NCBI GenBank assembly: GCA_025558095.1 | Contig: JAIVFI010000027.1 | Location: 1-64,000, forward strand | DNA length: 64,000 nucleotides | Source of the DNA: Hyaloraphidium curvatum SAG 235-1 | Taxonomy: Eukaryota > Fungi > Monoblepharomycota | Direction of reading: 5' to 3' | Notes under the pieces: model-generated | Told to the model about the DNA's origin: nothing | Seen by the model: only the letters and a program-made list of their open reading frames with translations | The model's database searches: none | Made by a program: the position numbers and the translations under genes | Shown here: positions 42,555 to 54,425 of the stretch, piece after piece | Numbering within the stretch: position 1 is the first letter of the stretch | Layout of the letters: each line of letters begins with the position of its first letter

Positions 42555-44369
42555 ATGCACCGTGCCTCCCTCCTCCTCCGCCCGGCCCGCCGCCCGCTCC
42601 TCGCCGCCGCCGCGCCCCGCATCGCGCCCGCCCGCCTTCCGCCCCCCCGCCGCCACCACGCGATGCCCGGCGCCGAGCACGCCGCCGCCAACGGCCATGC
42701 CGCCCACGCCGCGGACGTCCGCGACGACCCGCTGTGCAGTGCGTCCTCTTCCGCTCTCTAAATCGCCTTATTCTGATCTATGTTCCTGCTCGCCCTCGCC
42801 GCCGTGGCACAAATGCTCCTCTTGAACCCTCTGGCACCCGTGTGCCCCCCGCACGCAGTGGTCCCCGGCCCCGTCGAGTTCCACCCGGCCGTGCTCGAAG
42901 CTGCCGGCCGCACCGCCGTCAGCCACATGGACCCCAGGTTCAGGGAATCCTTCGGCGAGGCACTGGAGCTGTTCCGCGCCGTCGCCGGCGGCGACATGGT
43001 GGGGTGCGGGACCACATGGAGCGGATCTGGGCCGATATGGCCGCCTGACGACTGCGGATATTGTGCTTGAGCACTTCGTCGGATGTGATTCCGGTCAGGG
43101 TGGTCGGATTCTCCTTTCCCGACCCGAGCCGCGTTGATCCTGCCCGCTGAGCCTTTGCTGATCATCCGCCACCCCCCTCCCGCAGACCACCCAGCCGTTC
43201 GTCCTCTCCGGCTCCGGCACCCTGGCATGGGACCTCGCGGCCTCCAACCCCCTGTCCCCCGGCGACCGCGCCCTGCTCGTCAACACGGGCTACTTCGGCG
43301 ACCGCTTCGGCGACTGCTTCAACGGCTACCGCGTCGAGACCACCCACCTCCGCGCCGACTTTGGCTCCTTCCCCTCCCTCGAGGCGCTCGAAAAGGAGCT
43401 CACCTCCAAGTCCGCGGGTCACTACGCCCTCGTCTCCCTGACCCACGTCGACACCTCCACCGGCGTCCTCCTCACCCCCGAGTACATCCGCGGCGCCGTC
43501 GCCCTCGTGCGCAAGCACTCCCCCGCCACCCTCGTCTCGCTCGACGCCGTGTGCTCCCTGGGCGGCGAGCAGATCCGCTTCTCCGACTGGGACCTGGACC
43601 TCCTCCTCACCGCCTCGCAGAAGGCCCTCGGCACCCCGCCCGGCCTCTGCCTGGCCCTCGCTTCCGCTCGCGCCGTCGCGAGGTTCGAGGCGCGCACCGA
43701 GCCCGTGTGGGGCTACTTCAACTCGTGGGCCAACTGGATCCCCATCATGAAGGCGTACGAGGGCCGCAAGCCTGCCTACTTCGCCACCCCGGCCGTGGGG
43801 CTGATCCTCGCCCTGCGCACCTCGCTGCGGCAGCTCTGTGGCCTGCCGGATGTCGACCCCGTCGCGGCGGCGCCCAAGGGGGAGGACCGCACGCACCATG
43901 CCGTGGAGGCGGCGGTGGACGCGCGCACGGCCGCGCACGCCGAGGTGTCCCGGAAGGCAAAGAAGGCGCTGGTGGCCATGGGGTTGAAGCTGGTGCCGCA
44001 GCATGCCGACGCGAGCGCCAACACCATGACGGCCGCATGGGTGCCCGAGGGCGTGGCGCAGGGGGAGCTCGTGGGCAAGCTGATGGGCAAGGGCGTGGTG
44101 GTCGCCGGCGGGCTGATCAAGGAGCACGCGACCAAGTACTTCCGGTGGGCAGCACTGAGCTGTTGCGGTCATTGGCTTCGCTCACCTTGTTCGTTGGCAG
44201 CATCGGGCACATGAACATCTCCTCGGTCGACGCGCACCTGAACCACATTGCGTACACCCTGCACGCGGTGCAAGAGTCGCTCGAGGAGCTCGGGTACAAG
44301 TTCCCGGCCGGGTACGCCCGGCTGCCGGCGGTCGAGGCTTCGCGCCCTACTGCTCCAAAATCTGATTGA
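42555..44369 (+). CDS. AGX1: Alanine-glyoxylate aminotransferase (class V PLP), multi-exon
   Basis: MVPGPVEF, SGSGTLAWD, THVDTSTG, DAVCS, TASQKALGTPPG (PLP Lys), YFATP and FRIGHM. Second in-frame ATG at 42663. Confidence 0.92.
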
Positions 44370-44445
44370 TGCGCTCCGTCTGGCCGTCCGACTCGGGGTG
44401 CGCGGCCGAGGAGCGGTAAAGCTTGATGTCCATGAGTCCAAGAAG
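44347..44445 (-). mobile_element. Ty3/gypsy LTR-retrotransposon integrase core relic
   Basis: LLGLMDIKLYRSSAAHPESDGQTERINQILEQ matches the gypsy integrase motif S(T/S)AYHPQ(T/S)DGQTERxNQxLEQ. About 100 bp only. Confidence 0.85.
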
Positions 44446-44761
44446 CCTTTCTGCGGACCGGAAAAAGGGACACTCTAGAAAAAGAGGGGCATGGGGTAGA
44501 AGATGGAGAGCCGGCATTCGCAATGAACTGGATTTTCTCGAGCTAGGCCTTGTCTGAAGTCCGAAGTCAAGACTGCGGGAGACAAATTGAGCGGCCTTGG
44601 GTCTCTCCACCGGACCCTTCTCCGACTTCTCCACCTTGGATACATATCTCCCCGTCGCGGCGGGATAGTTGCGTTTACACATTTGAAGAGCTCTTGTCAC
44701 CGGACGACCTACGGCGCTGAAGTCGGCGTCGGAAGCTCTGCTGATTTGCGGAAACGCGCCG

Positions 44762-45298
44762 ATGCGCCTTGTCTTCCTCTACGGCGCCCCGGCGACGGGC
44801 AAATACACCGTCGGCCGCGAACTCGCCGCGCTGACGCGCTTCGAGCTGTACCACAACCACCTCGTCGTCGACGACGTCTTGCGCCGGCACGCCTTCGGCA
44901 CCCCGGGATTCATCGCGGAGCGCGACGACGCGTGGCGGGAGCACCTCGGTGCCGCCGCTCGGCGAAAAGAGGGCGGGCTCATCTTCACGTTCAACCCCGA
45001 GAACTCGGTGCCGCAGGGATTCATCGACTGGTTGTTTGCGGATTTGCCGCGGGAGACGGGGTCGACCCTGTTTTCGGTCGAGCTGGTGGCTCCGGAATCC
45101 GAGATCGAGGCGAGGCTCGCTTCGGAGCAGAGGCAGGGGTTCAAGAAGCTCACGGACCTGGAACTGCACCGCCGGCTGCGAGAGGACGGGGTGTTTCAGA
45201 CGCCCGTGATACCGCGGACTGACCTGTGGATCAACACCGTTGGGCTGCCGCCCGGGGAGGCTGCGAGGCAGATATCGGAGAGGCTGTCCCTCCCATGA
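44762..45298 (+). CDS. Small P-loop kinase (shikimate-kinase/AAA_33-like), bacterial type, intronless
   Basis: VFLYGAPATGKYT Walker A, YHNHLVVD, and EIEARL...R...KKL lid region. Confidence 0.85.
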   Translation: MRLVFLYGAPATGKYTVGRELAALTRFELYHNHLVVDDVLRRHAFGTPGFIAERDDAWREHLGAAARRKEGGLIFTFNPENSVPQGFIDWLFADLPRETGSTLFSVELVAPESEIEARLASEQRQGFKKLTDLELHRRLREDGVFQTPVIPRTDLWINTVGLPPGEAARQISERLSLP

Positions 45299-45575
45299 GC
45301 TCGCCTGTACGAGCTGTTGGACGTATTTGACTGATTCTCATCTACAATGTAATCTCGCTTTCGATCTGTGATAGTACTCTCTCGCTCGTTGCTCCGGTGT
45401 TACCACAAGATCACCTGCCAACCGCTCAACCGTTACGCCGTCGACTGCCGTTGGCGATGAATCCCGGAACGCTGATCGATCAAGAAACGATTGCCACCCT
45501 GCTTTCCGGCCTGAGCCGTCGCCACCTCAATCCCTTGTCCCCCCCGCTGCCTGATTTTCCGTGCCCGCGTTTGCC

Positions 45576-46770
45576 ATGGCCAACGCCACCTCCCTTCCCC
45601 TCTTCCCGTCTTCTCCTGGCGCCCCGAGCCTCCTCTCCTCCTGGGACGCTGCGCACCTCGGCGGCGCGCTCGCCTCGTGGGGCCTTTCGACCCCCTCGGC
45701 CCCCCTCATCGACGCGTTCTACTCTGCCGTGGACTTCCTCTCGGGACCGCTCGGGCTGCGGGATTGGCTCATCTACGTGCTCGTGACGACGCTGCCGTTC
45801 AAACTCGCGCGCACGCTGGGGGTGTGGTTCTTCCTCAAGGCGGACAAGGAGGGATGGCTCGAAAGGTACCGGATCCAGCCCAAGGGCAAGATGCCCAGCG
45901 ACGCCGATACCGCAAAGGTATTCCGCTTTGCTCTCGAGCGTGGTGGTCGCGCTGACGGCCCGGCGCAGATGTACGAGACGCAGATCTCCAACTGGCTCTC
46001 GGGCTTCCTGTTCTTCGAGATGCCCATGACCGCGGCGTTCTACCTCTTCCGCGTGAACTTCTTCGGCTTCGACATTCGGACGCGGGATCCGGGCGGGTGG
46101 ATCGAGGTGCTGTGGAGGTGCTCGCTGGCGACGGTCTACTACGATTTCTGGGTTTGGGCTTGGCACGTTGCCTGCCACAAGGTGCCGTGGATGTATACGG
46201 TGGGTTGCCTTCGCGACGGCGTGAAACCATTGCAGGAAGTGACGCCTCCACGGCAGACGCTCCATAAGCACCATCATGAGTTCACGGCTCCCAACGTGAG
46301 TTTTCGTGACGCGTCGGACCACAAGATTCGTTCCGACAACCTCGCCCGTCCACAGATTCTCGTCAGTGCCTACTTCACCCTCATCGACCTCCTCTTCGAG
46401 ACCTCGTTCGGCCTCTACTTTGCCCACTCCCTCGCCGGCACGACCTTCTTCTCGGGCACGGCGTGGATGTGCTTCATGACCTGGATCGGGATCCACAACC
46501 ACTGCGGATTCCGGTGCCCGTGGGACGTCGTGAACCACGTGCTCAAGTACGTCGAGTACCGTGGGTATGCCGTGTCGTCCGGGATGGTGGCGGTGGTGCT
46601 GACTTGGCCCGAACCCAGACGACTACCATCACGAGAGCTTCAACCACAGCTATCAGACCATCCTGATCTGCTTCGATTGGCTCTTTGGGTACGACAAGGC
46701 GTTCTGGGTTGCGCGGAAGGAGAAGCTGGCGGCGCTGGCGGCGAGGGAAAAGGCCGGCAAAGCGGAGTAG
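45576..46770 (+). CDS. Fatty acid hydroxylase / sterol desaturase family membrane protein, multi-exon
   Basis: His boxes WHVACH, LHKHHH, HNHCG and DYHH, plus RYRIQP. Four short introns. Confidence 0.88.
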
Positions 46771-46787
46771 CGTGTTTCCCGCGGCTA

Positions 46788-47804
46788 CTACACCACCGTT
46801 ACCGCTTCCAACTTCTCGAGCAGGTCCGGATACGCAACCGACGGCTGCGTCACGCCCGTCTTGAACTCCCCTTTGGCGGCCCTCGCAGCGACCTCCGCTG
46901 CCGCCCGCGCAGTGAAGACGTAGGCCTCTGGCCCCGCCATCCTCGCCTCGGCCTTGCCCGCCGGGCCGGTGGCGATCGCCAGGGCGCGCACGGAGCCGGC
47001 GGCCAGCTCGCTTTCAGAGGGTCCGTCGGGAGCGCCCGAGACCAGCGTGCGGACGATCCAGCGCCCCACTGAGGTGGCCATCCAGCTTCCCACGGCCATC
47101 AGCGCGCGCGCGGCCAAGGGAAAGGTGGCGTAAGTGCTGATGTTCTGCACACCCAACGACTCGTACGCGGATATGAGATCGGCCCGCCACGGGTTCGTCA
47201 CGGCCGTCACGGCGCGGCCGTCTCCCCCGAGGTCGAACCCGCGGGCCTCGGCGCCGGCCCACGTCGGCACCAGCTCGCCGCCGAAGCGCTGCACGCCGGG
47301 GGTGCCCAGGGCCGGGAGTACCGTCGCGAGGGTGCCCTTGGACGCGCCGCCCGCGGTCTCGTAGGCGATCACGAGCTCTTCGCACTGCCCGCCCAGCCTC
47401 CGGACTGCCAGCGCGGCCAGCGGCTCCGTGGCGACCACGCCGAACCCGGCACCGGGCAGCACCATGACGCCGGCCTTCACAGCCCCCGTGTGCAGCTCCT
47501 TCAATTGCTCGTGCTCGTCCACCTCGCCGGACAGGTCCGCGTAGTGCGCGCCGGCAGCCACCGACGCCCGCGCGAGCGGAAGGGCCGTGGCCGAGAACGG
47601 CCCGGCGCAGTTGAGCACAACAGATATGCCGGCGAGATCGGGCTCCGATGCCGGGAACACGCGGTGCGGGACGCCGTGTTTGGCCGCGAGCGCTTGGACG
47701 GGGCCCGCGGTGCGGCCCGCGGCGACAAACGGCTCCCCGCGGCGGGCGAGCTCGGCGCAGACGAGGGCGCCCGTGTAGCCGGCGGCACCATAGACGAGGA
47801 TCAT
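46788..47804 (-). CDS. Saccharopine-dehydrogenase-like oxidoreductase, intronless
   Basis: ILVYGAAGYTG, VLNCAGPF, HYADLSGE, PGAGF and ASKGT. Confidence 0.88.
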   Translation of the reverse strand: MILVYGAAGYTGALVCAELARRGEPFVAAGRTAGPVQALAAKHGVPHRVFPASEPDLAGISVVLNCAGPFSATALPLARASVAAGAHYADLSGEVDEHEQLKELHTGAVKAGVMVLPGAGFGVVATEPLAALAVRRLGGQCEELVIAYETAGGASKGTLATVLPALGTPGVQRFGGELVPTWAGAEARGFDLGGDGRAVTAVTNPWRADLISAYESLGVQNISTYATFPLAARALMAVGSWMATSVGRWIVRTLVSGAPDGPSESELAAGSVRALAIATGPAGKAEARMAGPEAYVFTARAAAEVAARAAKGEFKTGVTQPSVAYPDLLEKLEAVTVV

Positions 47805-48294
47805 TGTACCGGTTCCGAGGCACGCGGAGACTTCGTGGAGTTGCAGGGACGTCTGAACGTCTTGTAGCAGGTGCGGAGAAACTCCAGTTCCATCGCGCGT
47901 CATCCCGCAACTCGGCTTCTGCCACGGGCCCGCCATCAACCGGGCTTGCAGCCGACAACAGTATGGAAACCGCTGCGCTGGGGCACGACTTTGGCTCACG
48001 AGGTGCTTGGACTCGGGTATTTTGCTCGCGCCTTTGTGGCCGTGCGCACGGCCGGTGGCAAGCCGCGGCCGCCGCGCAGCGATCCAAGCAGTCCTGAGTC
48101 GCGCAAGCACGAACAAGCAGCTTCATTTTCGACCCTTCCTCTCGACTAACATCAGTCCGAGCTGATGTTTGCCCGCGGTTGCGCCGGAGCAGTTGGCCGT
48201 TTGTGCGAATGGTCCCTTCAGGCTCGCCATCTGGCTGTGCTGGTTTCGATCGATCCTCCGTCGTCACCCCAATTCACCCGCACCGACCCGCAAA

Positions 48295-49319
48295 ATGCCC
48301 CTTTGCGGAATGCTCGCGGCCCTGGCCCCTCTCATGGCCGTCGTCGCTCTCGCCCGGGTGTCGCTCGCCGCGTCGGTCCTGCCACCGCCGCCGCCGGCCG
48401 CAGGATCTAATTACGCCGCTCATCCGGCCAAACAGTCCCACCCCCGAGACTTCGTTCGTGTCGTCCTGCGCCGACTGCCCCGCTGAATCTTTTTGGTAGC
48501 GTCGAGCTCGCGCAAGCGCCCCGGAGGGGAGGCTGACGAATCGGCGCCCATCGCAGCGAGTTCGGGCACCCCTCCGCACCCCCGGGCCTCCTGGCCTGCA
48601 TCGATTACCGCACCTCCCGCCGGCTGTATCGGGATTACGCCGGCCCCTCCGAGCCGCTCGGCTGCCCGCTGGTGGTCCCGGCCGCGGGCTACTTCGCCCT
48701 CAGCACCGGCATCGGCGCGACCAGCTCCAAGGTCTCGATTGCCCAAACAGGCGGCAGCGCGGACGGGACGACATGGTCGGCCATCTACAACGAGACCTCG
48801 TTGCAGCTCACCAACCCTTCCACGGGGGCGATCATCACGTACGGCTCCCCGGACGGCAGCCTGCCATTCCGCGCCGGGCTCCAGTTCATCTTCGCGCAGT
48901 CGCTTTTCAGCGATACCGCCCCACCGGGCAACGAAAATGGCAGCCCGCGGGCATACCGCTACGACACTGTTGGCACCTCCATCGAGTCCGCCCCGCTGGG
49001 CTTCTCGATCTGCCTCCCAAACCTCGACGGAGGGTTCCCGCCGACGACCTTCACCCGGTACGACTTGTTCCAGTACGCCATCATCGCCGGAAGCGCCATC
49101 GTCAACAGCATAGCCCCAAGTGGGGTGTACAGCGCCAAAGCGACTTACAACAACACGACGCCGGACGGGGAGGTGCTCGTGTTCGGCTTCTCGGCCGTGA
49201 TCCGGTGGGGGTCCGGGATCGCCACGTGGACCCACTCTGGCAATCTTGTGCTGACGGGCTCGGGATTCTCGATCAATGTGCGGATGAACGGGGGTTCGAC
49301 GAGCGCGTGGCCGCTTTGA
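48295..49319 (+). CDS. Secreted protein with N-terminal Cys module and beta-rich C-terminal domain
   Basis: Signal peptide, then CADCPAESFC|EFGHPSAPPGLLAC homologous to the gene at 24 kb. Intron at ~48496-48556. A 46-nt intron or a frameshift lies at 48358-48403. Confidence 0.62.
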
Positions 49320-49465
49320 TGAGCACGCGGCGGAGGCGTCATCGCATGAAGGAACCCTCAGACCTTGGTGGGACTCGATTTTCGAGCTGTCTGCTGGCGT
49401 AAGCGCCACGCACGGACCTGGCGACAATGAACAATCTATCTCCTAGCGCAAGATCCAACCGTGTC

Positions 49466-52400
49466 TCAGTAGTAGTCCGAGTTATCAGAGTCGAAATCGT
49501 CCCCGCTAAAGTCCTCTTCGTCGTCCTCCTCGTCGTCCTCATCAGGGTAGTAGTACGGCATCTTGGGCTTGACGATCGGCTTGGGCGGATCCCACTTGGG
49601 CCACGCCAGCGGCGCCATGAACGCCTGCTCGATCGCCAGCGCAGCCGCATCGGGCAGGAGACCGCGCGACGGGCTGTCCGCTCCCGACACGAGAGCCGCC
49701 GAGGAGTCGAAGGTGAACTTGAAGTCGCCCGGGATACTGGTCGCGGGCGCCGATCCCAGCCAGGCGCTGGCCATCCCGGCCACGATGTCGGGCACGGCGG
49801 CGGCCTGCATGGCAAGCTTGGCGTAGTACGGCCCTCCCTCACCCGGCGCCGCACCCGACGGCCCGGAAAACTCAAACTCGCTCGCCACAATCCTCCTTGC
49901 CGCCGCGTCGATGCCGTCGAACAGCGCCTTGCCCAGCTCCTGCCCCGCGGTCGACAGCCCGACGCCGCGGATTAGCAGATTCCGGATGCTCGCCCGCACA
50001 GCGTTGACCGCGTCCAGATCCTCCTTCCTCAAGGTGCGGTCCTCGGCCCCAAGGGTCTCGCGGACCAGCATTGCGTCGAAGGCCATGGCCGTGGGCCTCA
50101 CCGCGGGAGGAAACAGCGCGTACGAGGGGCGCAGAAAGTCCCCGCCCTGCCCGCAGTCCCAGTACGGGTGCAGCACGGCGGTGGCGCTCGCCGGATCGCG
50201 CATCCGAAGGTAACACTCCTTGGGGTCCGGAGCCAGCGCGAGGAGCCGGAGGTTCCAAGCGGGGTCGTCCGCGGGCACCACGGTGCACGACGAGATGTTG
50301 AGCGTGGCGGGCTGGGCGAAGGCGTTCATGTTGAGCTGGCCGACAACGGCCATCACCGCGCCGGCGACGAGGTAGACCGGCCTTCCGACGCCGCGGGAGC
50401 GGTGGAGAACGGTGACGGGGGAGGAGATTCCGGAGAGCAGGGCGTCGGCGTTCGGCGCGGGCTTGTCGTGCACCTTGCCGCCCTCGGTGAGCCGGAAGCT
50501 CGCGAGGCCGTAGATCCCGGGGCAGCGCCAGTAGCAACGCAGCTGCATCTTGGTGTGCACGGGGTTGGCCGAAGTGATGTTGAAGGCTCCCGGCAGCGCG
50601 ATCGCCCCGACGTCGTGGCCGAGGTTCATGGCCGGCGTGCCCACAGACGACAGCGCGGAGGTGTTCTTGCCGGCAAAGCCGGTCTCGGGCAGGGGTAAAG
50701 CCAGGGCCCAGTGGCGCCCCATGCAGAGGTAGTTGGCCATCCGCGCGCCGTAACCAGACTGGTTGGCAGGGTGGAAGATCGAGTCCGGATCCTCAGCGTC
50801 CGGCTTCGGCTCCGTGCCCCACGACGCGCTCGGATCAAACTCGACGACGACGGCCGGCACCACCTTCCTCCCCTTCTGCGTTTGGCACATGACGGCGCGG
50901 TCGGCTCCGAGCCAGGCCAGCGCGCTCCTGATGGCGTCGGCCGACCGCATGTTCGGCGGGCACTTCTCCGTGAGGGTGATCACCACCGTGTGCCTGGGGT
51001 CGACGTCGCGATAACGGGCCCGGAGCGAGGCGAGGAAGCGCGGCTTCTCCGAGAAGCTGACCTCGGCAGGCGGGACCGCCGAAACCGGCCTCCGTCCCCC
51101 CTTCTTCGCCAGACCAGGGATGCCAGCTTCGCCCAGCGGCCTCGGGTGGAAACTCGACTGCGGGACCGCGTAGGTGAAGTTGCGCAGCATGCCGAGCTTG
51201 GCGTTGTTGGCGTCCTTGGCCGCGTCCGTCTCGTTCCACTCGCCCAGCAACTCGGTGCCCAGCAGCTTGCCCGCCATCTCCTTGGTCGGCTTCTTGGGCC
51301 CCCCCTCGCCGATCCCCAGGGCCCAGCGGCGGTGCCTCTCAAGCTTCGCGGCGGCATCCGACAGCAGCCCCATGGGCGCCTCCGACGGCCTACCCTGGAA
51401 CACGTTGGGCGCACAGCACGCGAGCAGCAGCGCCCGCATCTGGTCCCGTGTCGCGGCAAAGAGCAGCGGCACGATCGCGGGCTCCCCGCCCTCGGGATCC
51501 ATCGCCGCCCCGAGCTCCTCGAACAGCTTCCGCCGGTCGCTCTGCGCGACGTCCGTTTCGTACGCCACCTTGGCAAGCGCGCGCAGCCGGTTGACTTGCT
51601 TCTTGGTGTAGATGTAGTCCTCGGGCGACGCCGCCGCGGCGCTCTCGCCCCCGATCCCCGCAGCCGGCCGTGCCGGCCGCTTCCGGGCCCCTTCGTCGAG
51701 CAGCACGAACTTTTCCAGCACGTGGGCGAGCCGCAGGGCAAACGTCGAACACATGGCGCGGAAGTGTCGGAACCGCTGCTGGTGGAGCGCAAGCTGGAAG
51801 AGCAGGCCCCTCCGCTGGCCGGGTGGCGTATCGGCCCAGGCGCAGAACGCCTCGAACAGGCCGATCGGCTCGCTCAGGCTTCCCCCGTCCGCGGTGAGCC
51901 TGCCTGCGAAGGAAAAGGCCAGCTTCTCCTGGAGCTCGTTCCGGTCCTTGATGAAGGTCGGCACGGGCTGGCTGAAGACGTCCTGGGCCGACAGCGCCGC
52001 GGCGAGCACGGCGCCCTCGGCCGCGCAGCCGGCAGCGGCGGCGAGGAGCAGCAGCGTGACCTGGTTCAGCTCCGCGCCGATGGTGGGGAACACGCGGCCC
52101 AGGAAGGTCACGATCCCTTCCTCGGCGTCGACGGCATCAGCAGCTTCGGTGCCTCGGCGCGCGTCGGCGAACACAGCGCCGGGGATCTCGGTCGCCTTGC
52201 GGACGGCCTTGCGTGCGTCCGACGAGAGGGGGAGGAGGGCGCCGTTCTCCTTGAGCTTGGCGAAGGCGGCTGCGAGCTGGTCCGAACTAGGTGGTTCCAC
52301 GAGCTCTGTGGAACGGAGTTCATGGAGCGTTAGTTCCTTTCTGAGGAGTTAACGTACGACCAGCGCTGGCGACCCACCGTTCAGCAGCTCCCTCGCCCTT

Positions 52401-54425
52401 TCCCCGGGGAACGTCTCCTTGACGCGCAGCACGACGCCCTCGATGGTGATCTGCGCGATTTCGGGCGGCTCGTGCTCCCGGCACACCTTGGTCAGGAAAG
52501 CTTCGGAGAAGAGGGCGACGTAGGTGCCGGGGGAACAGCGGCCGACGCGGCCGGAGCGCTGCTTGAATGAAGCGCGGGAGACTGAGGAAGGGCGGGTCAG
52601 TCAATAGGGCGGATGAGAAAGAGAGATGACCAACTCCATGAAAGTGCGAGCTGCTGCATGCCCCTGTTGGCGTTGAACTCCATCGCGCGTCGCAGGCCGT
52701 AGTCAATCACTGGTGGAGGGGATGGCGTTACTTTCCGAAGTTGTTCTAGTCCCCAAAGTCGATGCCTACCGTACTCAGCGTCAGGCATGGTAATGGAGCT
52801 CTCGGCGATGTTGGTGGCGAGCACGATCTTGACTTCGCCCTTCTCCTTATCCGCAGGCTGTGCGTTGAAATCAGGAGAACGGATCGATCAGCGCACGAGC
52901 GCCAATCGGGTCCAGCGGTCCAACGCACCACGAACGCCCTGTCCTGCTCCTCCCTCGCCGTCGACGAATGCAGAACGTGCGTCCTCACCCGCCCCCACTG
53001 CGACCGGTCCACGTACAGAGACAGCCCCTCCTCCAGCGCCTCCAAGAACGCCAGGATTTCGTTCTCCCCCGGCAGGAACACCAACACCGACGTGCTCTTC
53101 AGCTCGAACTCCTCCCCTTCGAGCTCCCCCGGGACGTAGGCCTGGAACGGCACCCGGCCGAACTGCAGCGCCAGCGCCACCCCGAGCCTGAACCCGCCGT
53201 CGTCGATTCCCGGCGGGAGGTAGTTGCTCCCCGAGCTCCCCGCGACCGCCATGGCGAAGCGGGCCAGGCGCTGCGCCATGTCCTCCCGCGAGGCCCAGGG
53301 CTCCATCGCGAGGCCGTTGGCGTCCTGGTAGGCCATCTGGAGGTCGCGCGAGGGGCGGTCGAAGATGGGGGAGGTGAGGGGGTGCGTGAGGAGCTGCTCG
53401 AGGAAGATGCGTTCGACAGGGTACCGCCGCTGCGCGATCTCGACGGGCTCGGCGGGGTCGGGCGCACCGGGGGCGGGGCGGGGCATAAAGGCAGAGAAAT
53501 AGGCGCCGTGCAGGCCGACGTCGAGGGTGGCGGACATGATGACGAGCTTGAAGCCCGAACTCGGATCCGCGGCGAGGCGTCGCCGAACGAGGAGCAGCAG
53601 GAGGTCCATGTCTACGGAACGCTCGTGGGCTTCGTCGAGGACGACGTGGGTGGCGTCGTCGAGGGCCGAAGGATCGGCGGCGATCCACGAGACAAGGTCT
53701 GCGAGAGTCACGGAAGGGTCAGCTGCAGATCCACCGCGGCCACTGCGCGACGTACATCCGGTGGTGGCAAACAGCACACTCGCCGACGACCCGCGGTCCG
53801 TCGAGCTGTCGGCCATGATCCTGTACCCCGCCGTGAACCTCTTGCCGGTCTCGGGGTGCTTGTACCTCTTGTCCTTCTTCGCCAGCTCCTTGAGCTGCGC
53901 GTCCACCCGCTCGGCAAGCCGCACCGCGGCGACCCTCCGCGGCTGGGCGACCACGATCCGAGGCCGCGAGATACCGCGTGTAAGGGCGTCGAGGATGAGG
54001 AACGGGCCGATGGCGGTGCTCTTGCCACAACCTGTTTCGCCGCATATCACTGCTACGCGCTGGCGGCGCACGCGGTCCAGGATCTCGCGCTCAAAATCGT
54101 GGATGGGGAGCCGGTCGAGCAGACCCTCGTGTACCAGCTTGACCGGCTTGGGAAGTGCGGCGGCGGGGACCTCGACTCCTGCCTCACCCGGCGCAGGCCC
54201 GACTGCCACGTGGCGGTGCTCCGACGGCAGATCCAGGCCCTCGGCGGCGAGCACGACCTCCTCCTCGACCTCCGACTCGGATTCCGACGCGTACTCGACC
54301 ACCAGCTCCTGTCCGGCGCGGTGCTCCTCCCGCACGTCGCCCCGGCCCGAGCCGAGGACGACGTCGTGTCGGGAAGCCGACCAGGGACTCTGCGGCGCAG
54401 GGGAGGCGGCCGGCGCGTCCTCCAT
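49466..54425 (-). CDS. DEAH-box RNA helicase with long C-terminal extension, multi-exon
   Basis: GETGCGKST, QPRRVAA, LDEAHER, MSAT, LVFLPG, LHS, LATNIAESSIT and QRSGRVGR, followed by an HA2-like region and an acidic tail. Confidence 0.92.

Noticed and set aside
19319-44349. TAG reassignment, suggested by TAG at Glu/Tyr-expected positions (19319, 24317, 44347)
   Set aside because: TAG is the normal stop of many intact genes here (10786, 13037, 58928, 60278, 61974). The implied amino acids differ, and two of the three cases lie in relics.
38397-47804. Bacterial contamination or chimeric assembly explaining the intronless genes
   Set aside because: These genes are interleaved with intron-containing genes and share their composition. 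Long reads would be needed to exclude this fully.
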